A DNA stretch of 64,000 nucleotides, taken from positions 1-64,000 of the forward strand of contig JBMNJT010000002.1 in the NCBI GenBank assembly GCA_050951805.1, read 5' to 3'. The stretch comes from Bacillota bacterium. GTDB taxonomy: Bacteria > Bacillota > DTU025. The notes beneath the pieces were generated by a model. That model had not been told where the DNA came from. It was given only the letters and a program-made list of their open reading frames with translations, and made no database searches. This document shows, piece after piece, positions 20,628-32,259 of this stretch. A program made the translations under genes and the position numbers. Numbering within the stretch: position 1 is the stretch's first letter; every line of letters begins with the position of its first letter.

Positions 20628-21290
20628 CATGACAGGTCTGTGTCACTCGTGTCTGATATGATCATTATCAAGTTGACCACGCAAACTTGATAGTTCAAGC
20701 TGGTATCGGCATTTTCCTAGAAAACAGAAGGAACAACATGATTATCGGCGAAAGGAATACTAGGTAACCCTAGGCAAGTTGATTATTGAGTCATCGCTGA
20801 CTTTGCACTATTTGCAGCTCGGGCTTTGGCTAAATAATAGTGTTCGAATCTTCTTAGGCGGTTATCTAGAGTAACACCAATAGTAGATAGCACTGGACCA
20901 TGATTGCTTATCATGGATCCAATTGGCAAACTTCGTAAATGAGATTGATTGTATAAGAGATAGCGCAGGATATTTTTCTAAAGTCTACCATTGTTTATAT
21001 CATTCAACGTTCTACACACTACCTACACTGATAGATTGTAAATTGTTATCTATAATCCACAATCCACTGTTTGCGACGCTGAAAGGCTGCCGGTATACTA
21101 CCATACATATCTATTCGGTCGGTGGGCCGCACATCTAGTGTTTGAGTGAAGCAAACAACAAATGTTTATTTGCGCATCCTCGTGTAGTCGCGTTCTAGGA
21201 ATGAATGAACTAATATGATAACGCCATAATCTACAAAATCATAGCCAGTGTAATTGGTCGGGTGGTCGGAGGAGGGGCGATATATAGAAT

Positions 21291-22211
21291 ATGGCAAGTG
21301 AGGTTGCAAGCTATGAAGATTATGTAAAGCAGGGTAGTCTAGGAAGGCATGAGACCTTTACCCCTAGGTATGGCTGGCTCAAGAAAGGGTATGATGCCGC
21401 CAAGGAAGATGCAAATGTATTCAGGGCAGTTAACGCGATACAGCGTCTAGGTGTTGGCAAGAACATGGTTAGGTCGATCAGATACTGGTGCCAGGCATTC
21501 AAGGTTCTCGATACAGATCCCTCTGGCGGAATGGTACCTACAAAGTTAGGCGATAACTTGTTTGCGGACGATGGCTGGGACCCCTATCTCGAAGATGCGG
21601 CGTCCTTATGGTTGCTGCATTGGCAACTTTTTGTGCCTCCCCTTGACGCCGTAAGCTGGGTGTTCGCTTTCAACCGATGTAATCTATGGAGTTTTGATAC
21701 CCGACAGCTCAGCAGGGTTATAAAAGACTCTGCTAGCAAGTACGATAGTCTTTCATCCTTGTCAGACAACTCATTTGCGCGAGATGCTTCTTGCATTATT
21801 CGAATGTACGCAAGGGTTGGGTCGGCCAGCGAGTCTGAGATCCAATGTCCGTTTACAGAAATGGGTATCATGAGACCAACAGAGGATCTCAATTCAGTTC
21901 GGTTTGACACATCGACCAAGCACGATCTTCCACCGCTGATATTTGCAGCATCGTGCTTTTCATTTATAGCGCATTATGTGCCGCCGGGCCCAAAAACCGT
22001 ATCTATTCACCGGTTAACGCATGATGCGAATTCGCCGGGCGTGGTCTTCAAGTTGACCGAAAGCGCCGTAGGGGCTTACTTGCATGAGGCTGAAGAGAAA
22101 ATGGAGGGCTTCGCATTAATCGATATTCTAGGAGACGTGCAGCTGCACCTGAACGAACATCCTCTGACTTTGTACGAGAGTGCGCTAGAGAAATATTATA
22201 CGGAGCAATAG
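21291..22211 (+). CDS. sspB: DUF4007 family protein (SspB-like)
   Basis: GRHETFTPRYGWLKKG, LGVGKNMVRSIRYW and DPYLED.ASLWLLHWQL DUF4007 signature; followed by an ATPase and a PAPS reductase. Confidence 0.88.
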   Translation: MASEVASYEDYVKQGSLGRHETFTPRYGWLKKGYDAAKEDANVFRAVNAIQRLGVGKNMVRSIRYWCQAFKVLDTDPSGGMVPTKLGDNLFADDGWDPYLEDAASLWLLHWQLFVPPLDAVSWVFAFNRCNLWSFDTRQLSRVIKDSASKYDSLSSLSDNSFARDASCIIRMYARVGSASESEIQCPFTEMGIMRPTEDLNSVRFDTSTKHDLPPLIFAASCFSFIAHYVPPGPKTVSIHRLTHDANSPGVVFKLTESAVGAYLHEAEEKMEGFALIDILGDVQLHLNEHPLTLYESALEKYYTEQ

Positions 22212-22215
22212 AGAA

Positions 22216-25200
22216 ATGAGAGTATCGGATATTGTCCAACCTGATATGAATATTGCACGCTCTACTAGCTTGGAGCGGGACAAGAGCGCAACTAGTTTCA
22301 TTAGAGATTATCAACTGACTGCAAAAGCAACAGAAGCACTTGGCCGTTTTGCGGATGCACTTGGCGGTGAAAAAGTGTCAGCCTGGTCCTTAACAGGACC
22401 GTATGGCATGGGGAAATCTAGTTTTGTATCCTATTTGATGGCCCTGACTGGTCCGAAAGATGATCCCCTAACGGAGATGGCAATGAAGAAGCTAGAGGAT
22501 TCGTCTCCGCAGTTGCATTCAAGAATATCCAATGCTATGGCCGAAGCTGTAGACGACGCAGGCTTCTTCCGGATCGCCGTTACGGCTGCTTATGAACCGA
22601 TAAATAACACCTTGGCGCAAGGACTCCGTGAAGCACTAATGAGCACTCAGCTAGATAGCGGAGATCAATGCATTGAACGACTGAATCGGCTTATAAATAG
22701 CGATTGCGTTGATCCGAGGGAATTGCTTGCCGTTTTTGAAGATGTGCGTAATCTAGCAGGGTGTCCAATGATTGTAGTAGTAGATGAATTTGGTAAGTGC
22801 CTGGATTACATGTCCCATCATCCTGGTGAAGGCGACATATTCATTGTTCAGCAATTGGCTGAGCTTGATGATATATACCTTTGGGTCTGTTTACATCAGG
22901 CTTTCGATGATTATGCGTTAGGGTTATCTATTCTTCAGAGGCAAGAATGGGCCAAGGTGCAGGGACGATTTGAAGACATATCCTTCGTGGAATCGACCCC
23001 GCAGATGCTATATCTCATAGGTAGGACTTTAAAACAGAGCCAAGACGAAGAAATGGAAAGGCTAATTAGGCGGTGGGCAGTGAATGCCCATGAGCTTATT
23101 GACCAGCTTGTTGGGGCTGACAAGCAGTATTTTGACGTGGACGCAATAGCTGGCATGTACCCACTACATCCTCTAACTGCTATTGCATTGATAGAACTGT
23201 GTAAAAAGTATGCTCAGAATGATAGGACCCTCTTCGCTTTTATGTGTGGTGGCCATAAGAATGCGCTGCCTGCTTATATTCAAACAACAGTGATTGCTAG
23301 TGAAGAATGGCTTCCCTCTGTGGGTTTGGATTACCTGTACGACTATTTCTTCAATATTGTTACAACGACATATGTGAATCGATCTGAATCTCAGAGATGG
23401 ATCGAAATACATGACATCATAAGGGGAGCAAGCCATCTGTCCGTTGATGAGTATGCGTTGTTGAAGACCATTGGTGTTTTGAACCTCCTGTCAAATAACC
23501 TTGGAATAAAGGCAAACCTAGCAAACATCTGTGCCATCATGGAATACTCCCATAATATACCACGCGCGAAGGTCTGTGATATTGTAGAGGAATTTGCCAA
23601 TAAAGGGTTTCTTATATATAGGGAATATGCAGATGAATATCGATTATGGGAAGGGTCTGATTTCGATATACACGGGGCAGTTCGTCAGAAGAGGGAGAGA
23701 CTGATTTCTGCTCCGCTAGATGCCATTTTACAACGATACGTGGAACTCTCTCCCGTAACGGCATCACGCCATTCGTACAAGACAGGGACTACCAGACGTT
23801 TTGAACGACGTTGGGTCGATGTTGCATCGTTGTCTGACGGGCTGAGTCCATGCGAGGGCTTTGATGGCTTACTGGTATATTCCTTTGGAACTACCCCTGA
23901 GCCAAGCTTTATTCCTAGGATATGTAATGATGGACGGCCACTGCTTGTCGCTTATTCTGGAGCTAGACGGACTATTCATGAATTGGCTTTGGAATTAGCG
24001 GCATCTCGCCTCGTTCTTGAAAACAGTCCTGAGCTTATGCATGACAGTGTAGCCCGGAAAGAAATGAGGTTTCGCATTGAGGTTGCGGAACAAAAGCTTC
24101 GCATTCATTTGAAGGAGCTGTATAGCCCAGGTTCCGAACGTGTCAAGTGGTATAAGTCTGACCGGATTACGGGTGTATCTGAAGTACACATATGCAATGC
24201 TCGAGGGCTTTCTTCTATACTCTCGGATCTTTGCGATGAATACTACTACAAGTCCCCCCGGATTCATAATGAGATGGTCAGCTATCACACGCTGTCCGGT
24301 GCTGCATCGCGTGCCCGTCGTGAGCTGGTCGAGGCTATGGCAACAAGGTCTGCTGAAGAGCGCTTGGGGTTTGATGGTTTTCCACAAGAGGTTGCCTTAT
24401 ACATTTCGCTACTCGAGGCTGAAGGGCTACACAGGAGGGATGATGCAACTGGATTTTGGTATCTGACACTAGAAGGTCGGGATAATGATCTTAACTATGT
24501 CTGGGAACAGATAGACCAGTGCATAGAAAACGCCGACGATTCTGGAATAAGTGTGGCGGATATTCTTAAGGTGCTCTATGAGCCCCCGTTTGGGATGAGA
24601 CAGGGGCCAGCCCCCATATACCTTTCTCTATATATCTTGGTCAAATCAGAAGAGATTGCGGTGTTTCTGGAGGACAAGTACTTGCCATATGTTTCTGCTG
24701 CAGACATGGCGCTAATGCTCAAGCGTCCGGAGTTATTTGTTCTGAAGAAATTTGCTGCGTCGAACATGGAAAGGGAAGTATTTGATCTTTATCGTGCAAT
24801 ACTGAACACGATTGAGATAGCTGCAGATACAGGCTTGCGCAATGCGACTATGTTGGGAGTAGTTGGCCCGCTTACGAGATTTATCGATGAGCTAACGGCG
24901 TACGCGAAGCGAACTAGGAATATTTCCACAGAGGCCCAACGGGTAAGAACAGCTATTCTCAACTCTGTTGACCCTATTGAACTCCTTTTCGAGGGGTTGC
25001 CTAATGCTGTTGGCGTAGAGCTTGGGGCAACTGATGGTTGGAACCGTGAGTGGCAAGATGCGTTCCAGAATAGATTGCGAAGCTCTCTCTTGGAATTAGG
25101 CGAAGCGTATAACCTTCTTACCTCATCCGTAAAGGATGTTGTTGCAGAAGCGTTTCGATGTGAAGACTTAGCAGAGTTTCGTGCAACACAATGTGAAGAT

Positions 25201-25653
25201 TTGAAGAAGCTAATCGACATCTGTAATGATAATGAACTAAAGGCGGTATTACGAGCACTAACGAGGAAATGCGATAGCATTGATGACTGGGTGGATGGTA
25301 TAGCTGGCACAGTATCCAGAAAACCTATGTCTTCATGGCGTGATGGTGACTTAGAATTGTTTGCTCTCAAATTAAGGGACTTTGCTAGTCGAATAGAGCA
25401 ACTACAACAACTAGCTGCTGTAACAGGCTACTCACGGATGGATAATGCCATATGCTTAAACATATTGATGCCGGATGGAAATGTGATTAGAAAGTCGGTC
25501 ATACCAGATGATGAAGGGAACGCTGTGGTCAGGAAAACAATCGATGAGGTAATGAAGTTGAGCGAGGCTGCCAACCTTTCGAGTGATGAGCGTTGGCTAG
25601 TCATATCAGGGCTAGTAGAGAGCCTTCTCGAGGGTGATAAGGATGCTACATAA
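22216..25653 (+). CDS. sspC: Large P-loop ATPase (SspC-like)
   Basis: Walker A GPYGMGKSS, Walker B VVVDEFGK, EWAKVQGRF, YPLHP, AQNDRTLF and PPFGMRQG motifs; 1145 aa; sits between DUF4007 and PAPS reductase genes. Confidence 0.82.
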   Translation: MRVSDIVQPDMNIARSTSLERDKSATSFIRDYQLTAKATEALGRFADALGGEKVSAWSLTGPYGMGKSSFVSYLMALTGPKDDPLTEMAMKKLEDSSPQLHSRISNAMAEAVDDAGFFRIAVTAAYEPINNTLAQGLREALMSTQLDSGDQCIERLNRLINSDCVDPRELLAVFEDVRNLAGCPMIVVVDEFGKCLDYMSHHPGEGDIFIVQQLAELDDIYLWVCLHQAFDDYALGLSILQRQEWAKVQGRFEDISFVESTPQMLYLIGRTLKQSQDEEMERLIRRWAVNAHELIDQLVGADKQYFDVDAIAGMYPLHPLTAIALIELCKKYAQNDRTLFAFMCGGHKNALPAYIQTTVIASEEWLPSVGLDYLYDYFFNIVTTTYVNRSESQRWIEIHDIIRGASHLSVDEYALLKTIGVLNLLSNNLGIKANLANICAIMEYSHNIPRAKVCDIVEEFANKGFLIYREYADEYRLWEGSDFDIHGAVRQKRERLISAPLDAILQRYVELSPVTASRHSYKTGTTRRFERRWVDVASLSDGLSPCEGFDGLLVYSFGTTPEPSFIPRICNDGRPLLVAYSGARRTIHELALELAASRLVLENSPELMHDSVARKEMRFRIEVAEQKLRIHLKELYSPGSERVKWYKSDRITGVSEVHICNARGLSSILSDLCDEYYYKSPRIHNEMVSYHTLSGAASRARRELVEAMATRSAEERLGFDGFPQEVALYISLLEAEGLHRRDDATGFWYLTLEGRDNDLNYVWEQIDQCIENADDSGISVADILKVLYEPPFGMRQGPAPIYLSLYILVKSEEIAVFLEDKYLPYVSAADMALMLKRPELFVLKKFAASNMEREVFDLYRAILNTIEIAADTGLRNATMLGVVGPLTRFIDELTAYAKRTRNISTEAQRVRTAILNSVDPIELLFEGLPNAVGVELGATDGWNREWQDAFQNRLRSSLLELGEAYNLLTSSVKDVVAEAFRCEDLAEFRATQCEDLKKLIDICNDNELKAVLRALTRKCDSIDDWVDGIAGTVSRKPMSSWRDGDLELFALKLRDFASRIEQLQQLAAVTGYSRMDNAICLNILMPDGNVIRKSVIPDDEGNAVVRKTIDEVMKLSEAANLSSDERWLVISGLVESLLEGDKDAT

Positions 25654-26461
25654 GGACACTACATGCTGTAAAGCCAAGAAGGAGCGACACATACTTGCTA
25701 TTTCGGGGGGGAAGGATAGCGCTGCCCTCGCAGTCTACATGAGTAAACACTATCCCGACCTAGAGCTAGAGTATGTTTTCACTGATAGTGGCCTGGAGCT
25801 CCCCGAAACCTATGCGTATCTCGACAGGATCAGAGCTGTTTTGGGCATTGATATCACCGTGATCAGGCCTGAAAGGGATTTCGATTACTGGCTTAAGTAT
25901 TACAACGGAGTATTGCCATCGCCCCAGAACAGGTGGTGTACGCGTCAACTAAAACTGAGGCCTTATGAAGCCTACATTGGGAATGACTTAACCTACAGCT
26001 ATATCGCAATTCGTGCAGATGAGAATCGCGAGGGTTATCGAAACACGAAAGGGAATATCGTGCCCTGCTATCCTTTTGTGGATGAGGGAATCACACTTTC
26101 AGATGTAATTGGGATGCTGGATGAATGCGGCTTGGGGCTTCCTGACTACTATGAATGGCGGTCTAGATCCGGTTGTTACTTCTGTTTCTTTCAGTCAGAT
26201 GATGAATGGCGAAGCTTAAGGGAACGTCATCCGGAGGAATTCGAAAGGGCGTGCCTCTATGAGGAAAACCACAGCGATGGGAGGGTGTACACGTGGAGAG
26301 GCAAAAGGCGGGGTGTGCCTCTGTATCTAAGGGATCTTAGAGGTACGCCTAGGCCAGTTAGTGATTATCTGTTTCAAGAGCGTGATAATGATAATCGGTT
26401 AGTTAGCATTCTAAATGACATAGACATGCCCGTTATGGGCGACAAAGAGTTTTTTGTGTAG
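25643..26461 (+). CDS. sspD: PAPS reductase family protein (SspD/DndC-like, DNA phosphorothioation)
   Basis: ISGGKDS PP-loop, PSPQNRWCTRQLK and RSRSGCYFCFFQ motifs; start overlaps the sspC stop. Confidence 0.88.
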   Translation: MLHKDTTCCKAKKERHILAISGGKDSAALAVYMSKHYPDLELEYVFTDSGLELPETYAYLDRIRAVLGIDITVIRPERDFDYWLKYYNGVLPSPQNRWCTRQLKLRPYEAYIGNDLTYSYIAIRADENREGYRNTKGNIVPCYPFVDEGITLSDVIGMLDECGLGLPDYYEWRSRSGCYFCFFQSDDEWRSLRERHPEEFERACLYEENHSDGRVYTWRGKRRGVPLYLRDLRGTPRPVSDYLFQERDNDNRLVSILNDIDMPVMGDKEFFV

Positions 26462-26471
26462 GGTGAGGTGT

Positions 26472-29400
26472 ATGCATGCTGTAGGAGATTCCTTGGCAAG
26501 GCCCGGGCTCGACAGGAATGAATCATTGGCAACGGGCCCAAGTACTAGCCTGTTCAAGCACGAACAGGACGTAATAGACAAAATCAGAAACCAGATTCAA
26601 AGTGAGGATATCGGGAAGCTGGCTTCTAACGTTTACATCTTTGACCGGGCGACTGGCAGTTATCTCGAATGCGATATTGTGCTCGTTGCCTATTCTGGCA
26701 TTTACGTCGTTGAACTTAAGCATTGGTCGGGGCATATTGAAATTGCACCTTATCAATGGAAGATTAACCATACCAAGGAAGTGATATCGCCTCACAAGAA
26801 TAACCATCGTAAATGTCAAGTTCTAAAGAGCATTTATGAACACCATTTTAGGACATATCCAACTGATCTGTGGGTCGAATCGGTAGTAGTGCTGACAAAT
26901 CCTGATAGTGGTAGTAGTGGGCGCTAGCGATCCAAGCGAACTTGATGACGTAGCCAAACATAACCCAACATTCGATTCGCCGGCTCAGTTTATGAGATAT
27001 CTGCGGCAGAAGCAAAGTGGAGCAGGTAGCTCCATTCTTGATACTAGGCAAGTTGACAATATCGTTGATTACCTCGTTAACCTTCAGAATCCCCAAAAAG
27101 GAATACATTACAGTATCCCGGGTTATGAGATTGTCAGCTACTTATACCAAACCCCAGAATGCATAGAGTTGGTAGCCCGACCTGTCAATGGCCGGACTAG
27201 AGGGTTGAACCGTTTTAGAGTCTTTCGCCCTCCTGTTGAAGCAACACGAGAAGAGAAAGAACGGTTTGTTAAGAGAGCTACCAATACCTTAAATGCGGTG
27301 TCGGATATAGGCGAACACCCTAACATTCATAAGGTATGGCGTATCCCCAACGATTATGGGGACATCATAGAGATGTCTGACTGGTCCGAAACAGGAACTT
27401 TGCGCGATCTAATATATGAGCGCGATGGCAATTTTGACAAAGATGAGGCTTTGGCAATATGTAGACAGATAGCACTCTCTCTTCACGAGGCACACCGCTG
27501 CAACGTCATTCACCGTGCAGTAAAGCCAGAAAACATACTGATCATGCACGATATGGCCAAACTGACAAATTTCGACCTTTCTTATCAGGTTGAGGATCAT
27601 CGGTTAACCGTTATTCCGGATGTATCTGCTATTAAGGACGATGGTTACATAGCGCCTGAGGTTCTCATGGGTATGGATATTGACGAAGGTAGTGACTATT
27701 TCAGCCTAGGGGTAATAGCGTATCAACTATTGACAGGGGTTAAGCCCTTCGCGTCAACGAGGGAGTTTGTTGCCAAAGGTGGAGCGCTAGAATCTGATGA
27801 GATCGAAATGTTGGTTGGGAAAGGGACACCGGAGGCTACTGTTGACGCCATACAACGCATGGTAATTGCAGATCGCCGATCACGGCTGAAAAACGGCGAT
27901 ACAATCATATCTGCATTCAGTAGAAACGACATGGAACGGGAGGAAGGTGCACGCACGCCTGAGCACAATGCAGTATTGCAGGCCGGCGCTAAGCATGATG
28001 TTTATACAATAACCGGTTTTGTTGGTGCGGGCAAGGACGCACAGGTTTATCGAGCAGAGACATTGGAGAGCCGGATAGTAGCTCTCAAGATGTTTAACAG
28101 GGAAGTTCCCAAAAGTAGAATCATGAATGAGTATAAGGTCGGGACTGCTATACACTGTCCGTATGTTGCAGAATACTACAGTATTGGCCATTGGAGTAAT
28201 GATAGATACTTTATAGCGCTAGAATATGTCGCGGGCAGGTCTTTACGAGAGATGATTGACCAAGAGGAAAGGCCGGATAAAACCACGTTCCGAGCTATTG
28301 CAGTCTGCTTGATGGAAGCGATAAGGGCATTTCATCTGCACGAACGCGATGGCAAAGTGAGACCTCTATTGCATAGCGACATAAAACCAGAGAATATTCT
28401 GCTCCCCGAAAAGGATAAAGCAGTGCTCATCGATTTGGGGATAGCAGGTGAGCCTAGAGTGGACATTTTTGCGGGCACAGCAGGGTATGGTGCCACCTGA
28501 TAGCATGGACGGGACAGATATGCAGTTTTCCGAAAGCGTAGATCTATTTGCCCTTGGCGTTACGTTGTGGGAATGGCTATTTGGGGCTAAACCCTATCAG
28601 AGTGCTACTATCGGAGATACGCCCGACATGCCAGAACATATCGATGAGGAAATGCGGCAGTATTTACCATGGTTGCAGAAGGCTGTAGCTACTGAAGGCC
28701 ATGAAAGATACTCTACGATTGAAGAGATGTATGATGCCTTCCTAAAGTGTGATAGAGAAAGTGATGGGACTTCCGAAAAGGCGGATGCTGAAAGACATAG
28801 GAAAACGATCCTTCCCCATGACGAGGTTTCGTCCGAAGCTGTCTGTGGCAACACTGGAAAAGAGCGCGAAACTGGGACGCCGGAATTGGCAGCTTGGAAT
28901 CCATTCGTCGAATACCTCAACTCACTATGCAATTCATCCGCAGCTAATGAGAACGCTACCGCAGAGTCTCAGATTGGGAACGAATTTTTCGAGAGGATCC
29001 ATGTCAGGAATCCCATCACTGATTACGTCTATGATGTGCTTTTCGAGGACAAGACCAATGTCATTCTTACAGGCCACGCAGGGGATGGAAAAACGACCAT
29101 TGCTGCTGAGGTAATTCAAAGAGCAACAGGAGCGAGGCCGACGGTATTGCAGCGATCGGAAGACCTTTCCGAGGCTGGCTTGGTGGTCATCAAAGACATG
29201 AGTGAATTGGCCGGTCATGTTCAGGTTGATATTCTGAAAAGGGCCGTTGACGATGATTCGAAGAGATACTTAATTATCTCTAACACTGGCACATTGATAA
29301 ATAGCTTTAGGGGACTACGAAATTGCGGAATAGGGGTTAGTGAAAGTGAATTGCTGACGGCTCTCGAATCCGACAGGCCAGAGTACGTGCTAGACCATCA

Positions 29401-30610
29401 GTTTCAGATTATCAATATTGCCAAAAACGATAGCATTGATACAGCATGTATGGTATTCGATAGGATGCTTGAAGAGGACAACTGGCGTGAGTGTCAGCAG
29501 TGCAAGTACGTTGATGTATGCCCTATTAATAGTAACGTAGTCTTGCTTCAAGACTCATTGGATACCGCCAAGTCGCGGGTCGCGCTCATGTATAGGCGAT
29601 TGTACGAGTATAATATTGGGCTTACGATGCGGCAGATGACAGGCCACTTAGCATATGCTATTACTGCTGGGCTGAACTGCGAAGACATACATGACATGTC
29701 ATATATTGGGACGAAATCGTGTTTCCCTGGGACAATGTTCTTCAATCGATTCTTCGGTGATGACGGGGATGAAGTGGCCCCCGAAAGCCTGCAGCTATTG
29801 CCTGTGCAGCATATTAGGGAAGCCAATTTTGGTACATCCCTCGACCCCGAATTCGAAACGAGTGCGTGGATCGGAGATCAGGCGCCGTTTCCTCTCATAG
29901 GAAAGGCTAAAGACGTGTTTGAAAGGCTTCTCGCAACTCCGGATTTGGAGCCTCATTGTTGGCGTCGACAGGTCAGACGTCTAGGATATTTTACTAGTCC
30001 AATGAACGAGCAATCTGCGGGCAGATACGTATGCAACTTCTTGCAATCTCCTACATTGATGGACTTCTTGAAGTATTCAGAGGCCGATAGTTGTATTTCT
30101 GCGCTTGATGAAAGACATTATCGTCATCAGATACTCCAAGTGCTTCAGGAGCATTTCATAGGCATACGTTTGCCAGAAAACAACCGGGTAATACGCGACT
30201 TGTACATTACGCTAAATCATGGAGAGAACAGTTCTAGAACGCAGATGGTGCTTGCAACTCTCAGAGAAGACGATTTTAGGTTAGTTCTTAGGAAGCGCTA
30301 CATTTTGGGATCTAATGCAAGGAGTGTACTCTGCCTGGACTACAAAGATGGCGAAGCAACAATGGTACTAGATTTGCCGTTTCTCGATTATGTAGAGCGT
30401 AGATATCAAGGAGAGATTGCTGAGGAGCTATCTGCGAGCTATATGAACAGACTGGACCGGTTTAAGGCCGAACTCCTTGCTGCGTATGACAATCATTCGG
30501 AGGCCATTTGTGATAACGAGCGGTGCCTGGTTTTGCTTCGTATAGATCAGGCATACACGTTTCGAGTGATCACCATCCTCCAGAGCGATAACTACCTGGA
30601 GGTGATCTAG
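26472..30610 (+). CDS. NERD nuclease + pseudokinase + Ser/Thr kinase + P-loop ATPase fusion (~1370 aa; MAD6/PglW-like N-terminus, SspF/DndF-like C-terminus); frameshifts near 26905 and 28488
   Basis: NERD ECDIVLV..SGIYVVELKHWSG; kinase 1 HRAVKPEN/NFD; kinase 2 GAGKDAQVY, VALK, HSDIKPEN, DLG, GTAGY(V)PPD; ATPase ILTGHAGDGKT. Three ORFs join by short frame changes. Confidence 0.8.
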
Positions 30611-32244
30611 TGACTCTGCCAATGCCTTTTCCCACGAAGGAGATCGCGGGCGACTACAATCCGGCGATTAGACTCTTCGGGTTGCGGTTTGTTGCGGATC
30701 AAACGATTGTGGAATACCTATCGGAATTCTTGTCCATCGTCTTTTCTAATAAGACAATCTGGGATGACACCATAACCACGCCACTCCCGAGTCTTGAGGA
30801 TCTGCAAAAATGGTCCGCAACTAGCGAATATGCGCCACTGAGATATGCTCCGCCTATCAGGCTGAACCTCAAACTATTGGCGTTCTACGGTTTGACGCCT
30901 CTTGCAAAACGGCACAAGGTTCATGGCTATGGTTATGAGAGAGTAGCAACGATGTTGGAAAGCCAGATCAAATCTTCCACGGTAGAACCTGAGGAGGCAC
31001 GCCGTTGTATTGAGGATTTCTTCAAAGGCTTTCAGGGTGCTGGCGATACTAGGACGTGGTGTGCACGGACGTTCTATCCGATCTCGGAAAGTCTCTTAAC
31101 CCAGGAGACTATGTGGGAGGAGACGAAAGCACGCAAGGATGATCTTAGCACCTGGGAGGACTCTATAGACAACTTCAGCCGCTATTACAGCACAACCAAG
31201 CATAATTTTCTAGCCAGAGGCGGAGAACTACTATATCTTCAGTTGTGCAATGCATTATCTACTGAACAGCGCAGTATCGATGATTTTGTAGGAAACGCAG
31301 GCCCATTTTTTGATGAAGATGAAGTCCAGCTAAAGACGTTGCATAATTCACTTCAGAATGGATTGAAGAGGCTTTATGGATCCTACACTGCACCACTGGA
31401 TGAGCTTGCAGACTACGTGGAACGACTAGATAAGGAAACATACAAGCGTATTGGCAACTATTCTAAGGCTCTGACGTGTGAGTGGTGTCCTCGAGACAGC
31501 TGGCCCGAAGGTTATTTATTCGCTGTAGAGCTCAATCGATTGATGTCTACGACAGTCAGCCTTGCCGACAAGCTTGAGCTAATGATGATAGGATGCGCGT
31601 TGCAGGTATTAAGAAGCCTATGCGCCCAGAGTGCTAGGTACATGAGCCCCTTAGATAAGGCCAAGAAGGGGCGTGGCGGGGCGCTTGGATACGCATGGAT
31701 ATTTTCAGCTCCGGATTCGTGCACAAGACAACAGAGCTTGGTGTCACAAAGGAACCTACAGGCCATAGAGGCACTTATTCAGGGGGTTTTGCGTATCAGT
31801 GCCTTGGAAACGTACGTAAGAGAAGGCCAAAAGGATGACCGCAAGATTCGGGAAAGGTACAAGGAAGCGGACAAGAAATATGGCTACAAGCTATTCCGTT
31901 CATTGGGCAAGAATCTACTTATCATAATCCCCAGGCGGGGCTCTGGCGCCAGATTCGTAATGACTGAGAAAGTTTTGCGTTACATGGTCATGACTCTTGT
32001 CAGGCCCGGTGAAAGGTTGACCTACGACGAGTTTCTTGAGCGCCTGTATTGCTTTTATGGGATTGCCGTTGAATCACCCCAGCTGATGGACGCTATGGTT
32101 TGGAGTGGGCTGCCTGCTAATCAGTCTGTGCAGTCCGACAGGGAATCATGGCTATGCCAGATGCTGAGGGCTGGCGGATTCTTGACTGAGCTTTCAGATG
32201 CGCGCTCAATCGTCTGTAACCCTTTTGGCACGAATATTGACTAG
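30610..32244 (+). CDS. Defence-associated protein (SspG/DndG/MAD7-like by position and size)
   Basis: 544 aa, overlaps the upstream stop; C-terminal winged-helix-like segment (EFLERLYCFYGI...GFLTELSDA). Confidence 0.6.
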   Translation: MTLPMPFPTKEIAGDYNPAIRLFGLRFVADQTIVEYLSEFLSIVFSNKTIWDDTITTPLPSLEDLQKWSATSEYAPLRYAPPIRLNLKLLAFYGLTPLAKRHKVHGYGYERVATMLESQIKSSTVEPEEARRCIEDFFKGFQGAGDTRTWCARTFYPISESLLTQETMWEETKARKDDLSTWEDSIDNFSRYYSTTKHNFLARGGELLYLQLCNALSTEQRSIDDFVGNAGPFFDEDEVQLKTLHNSLQNGLKRLYGSYTAPLDELADYVERLDKETYKRIGNYSKALTCEWCPRDSWPEGYLFAVELNRLMSTTVSLADKLELMMIGCALQVLRSLCAQSARYMSPLDKAKKGRGGALGYAWIFSAPDSCTRQQSLVSQRNLQAIEALIQGVLRISALETYVREGQKDDRKIRERYKEADKKYGYKLFRSLGKNLLIIIPRRGSGARFVMTEKVLRYMVMTLVRPGERLTYDEFLERLYCFYGIAVESPQLMDAMVWSGLPANQSVQSDRESWLCQMLRAGGFLTELSDARSIVCNPFGTNID

Positions 32245-32259
32245 GCAGGGGTAATTTGG

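Noticed and set aside
25643-26461. Housekeeping sulfate-assimilation CysH
   Set aside because: Its context between the DUF4007/ATPase genes and nuclease genes, with no cys genes nearby, points to SspD.
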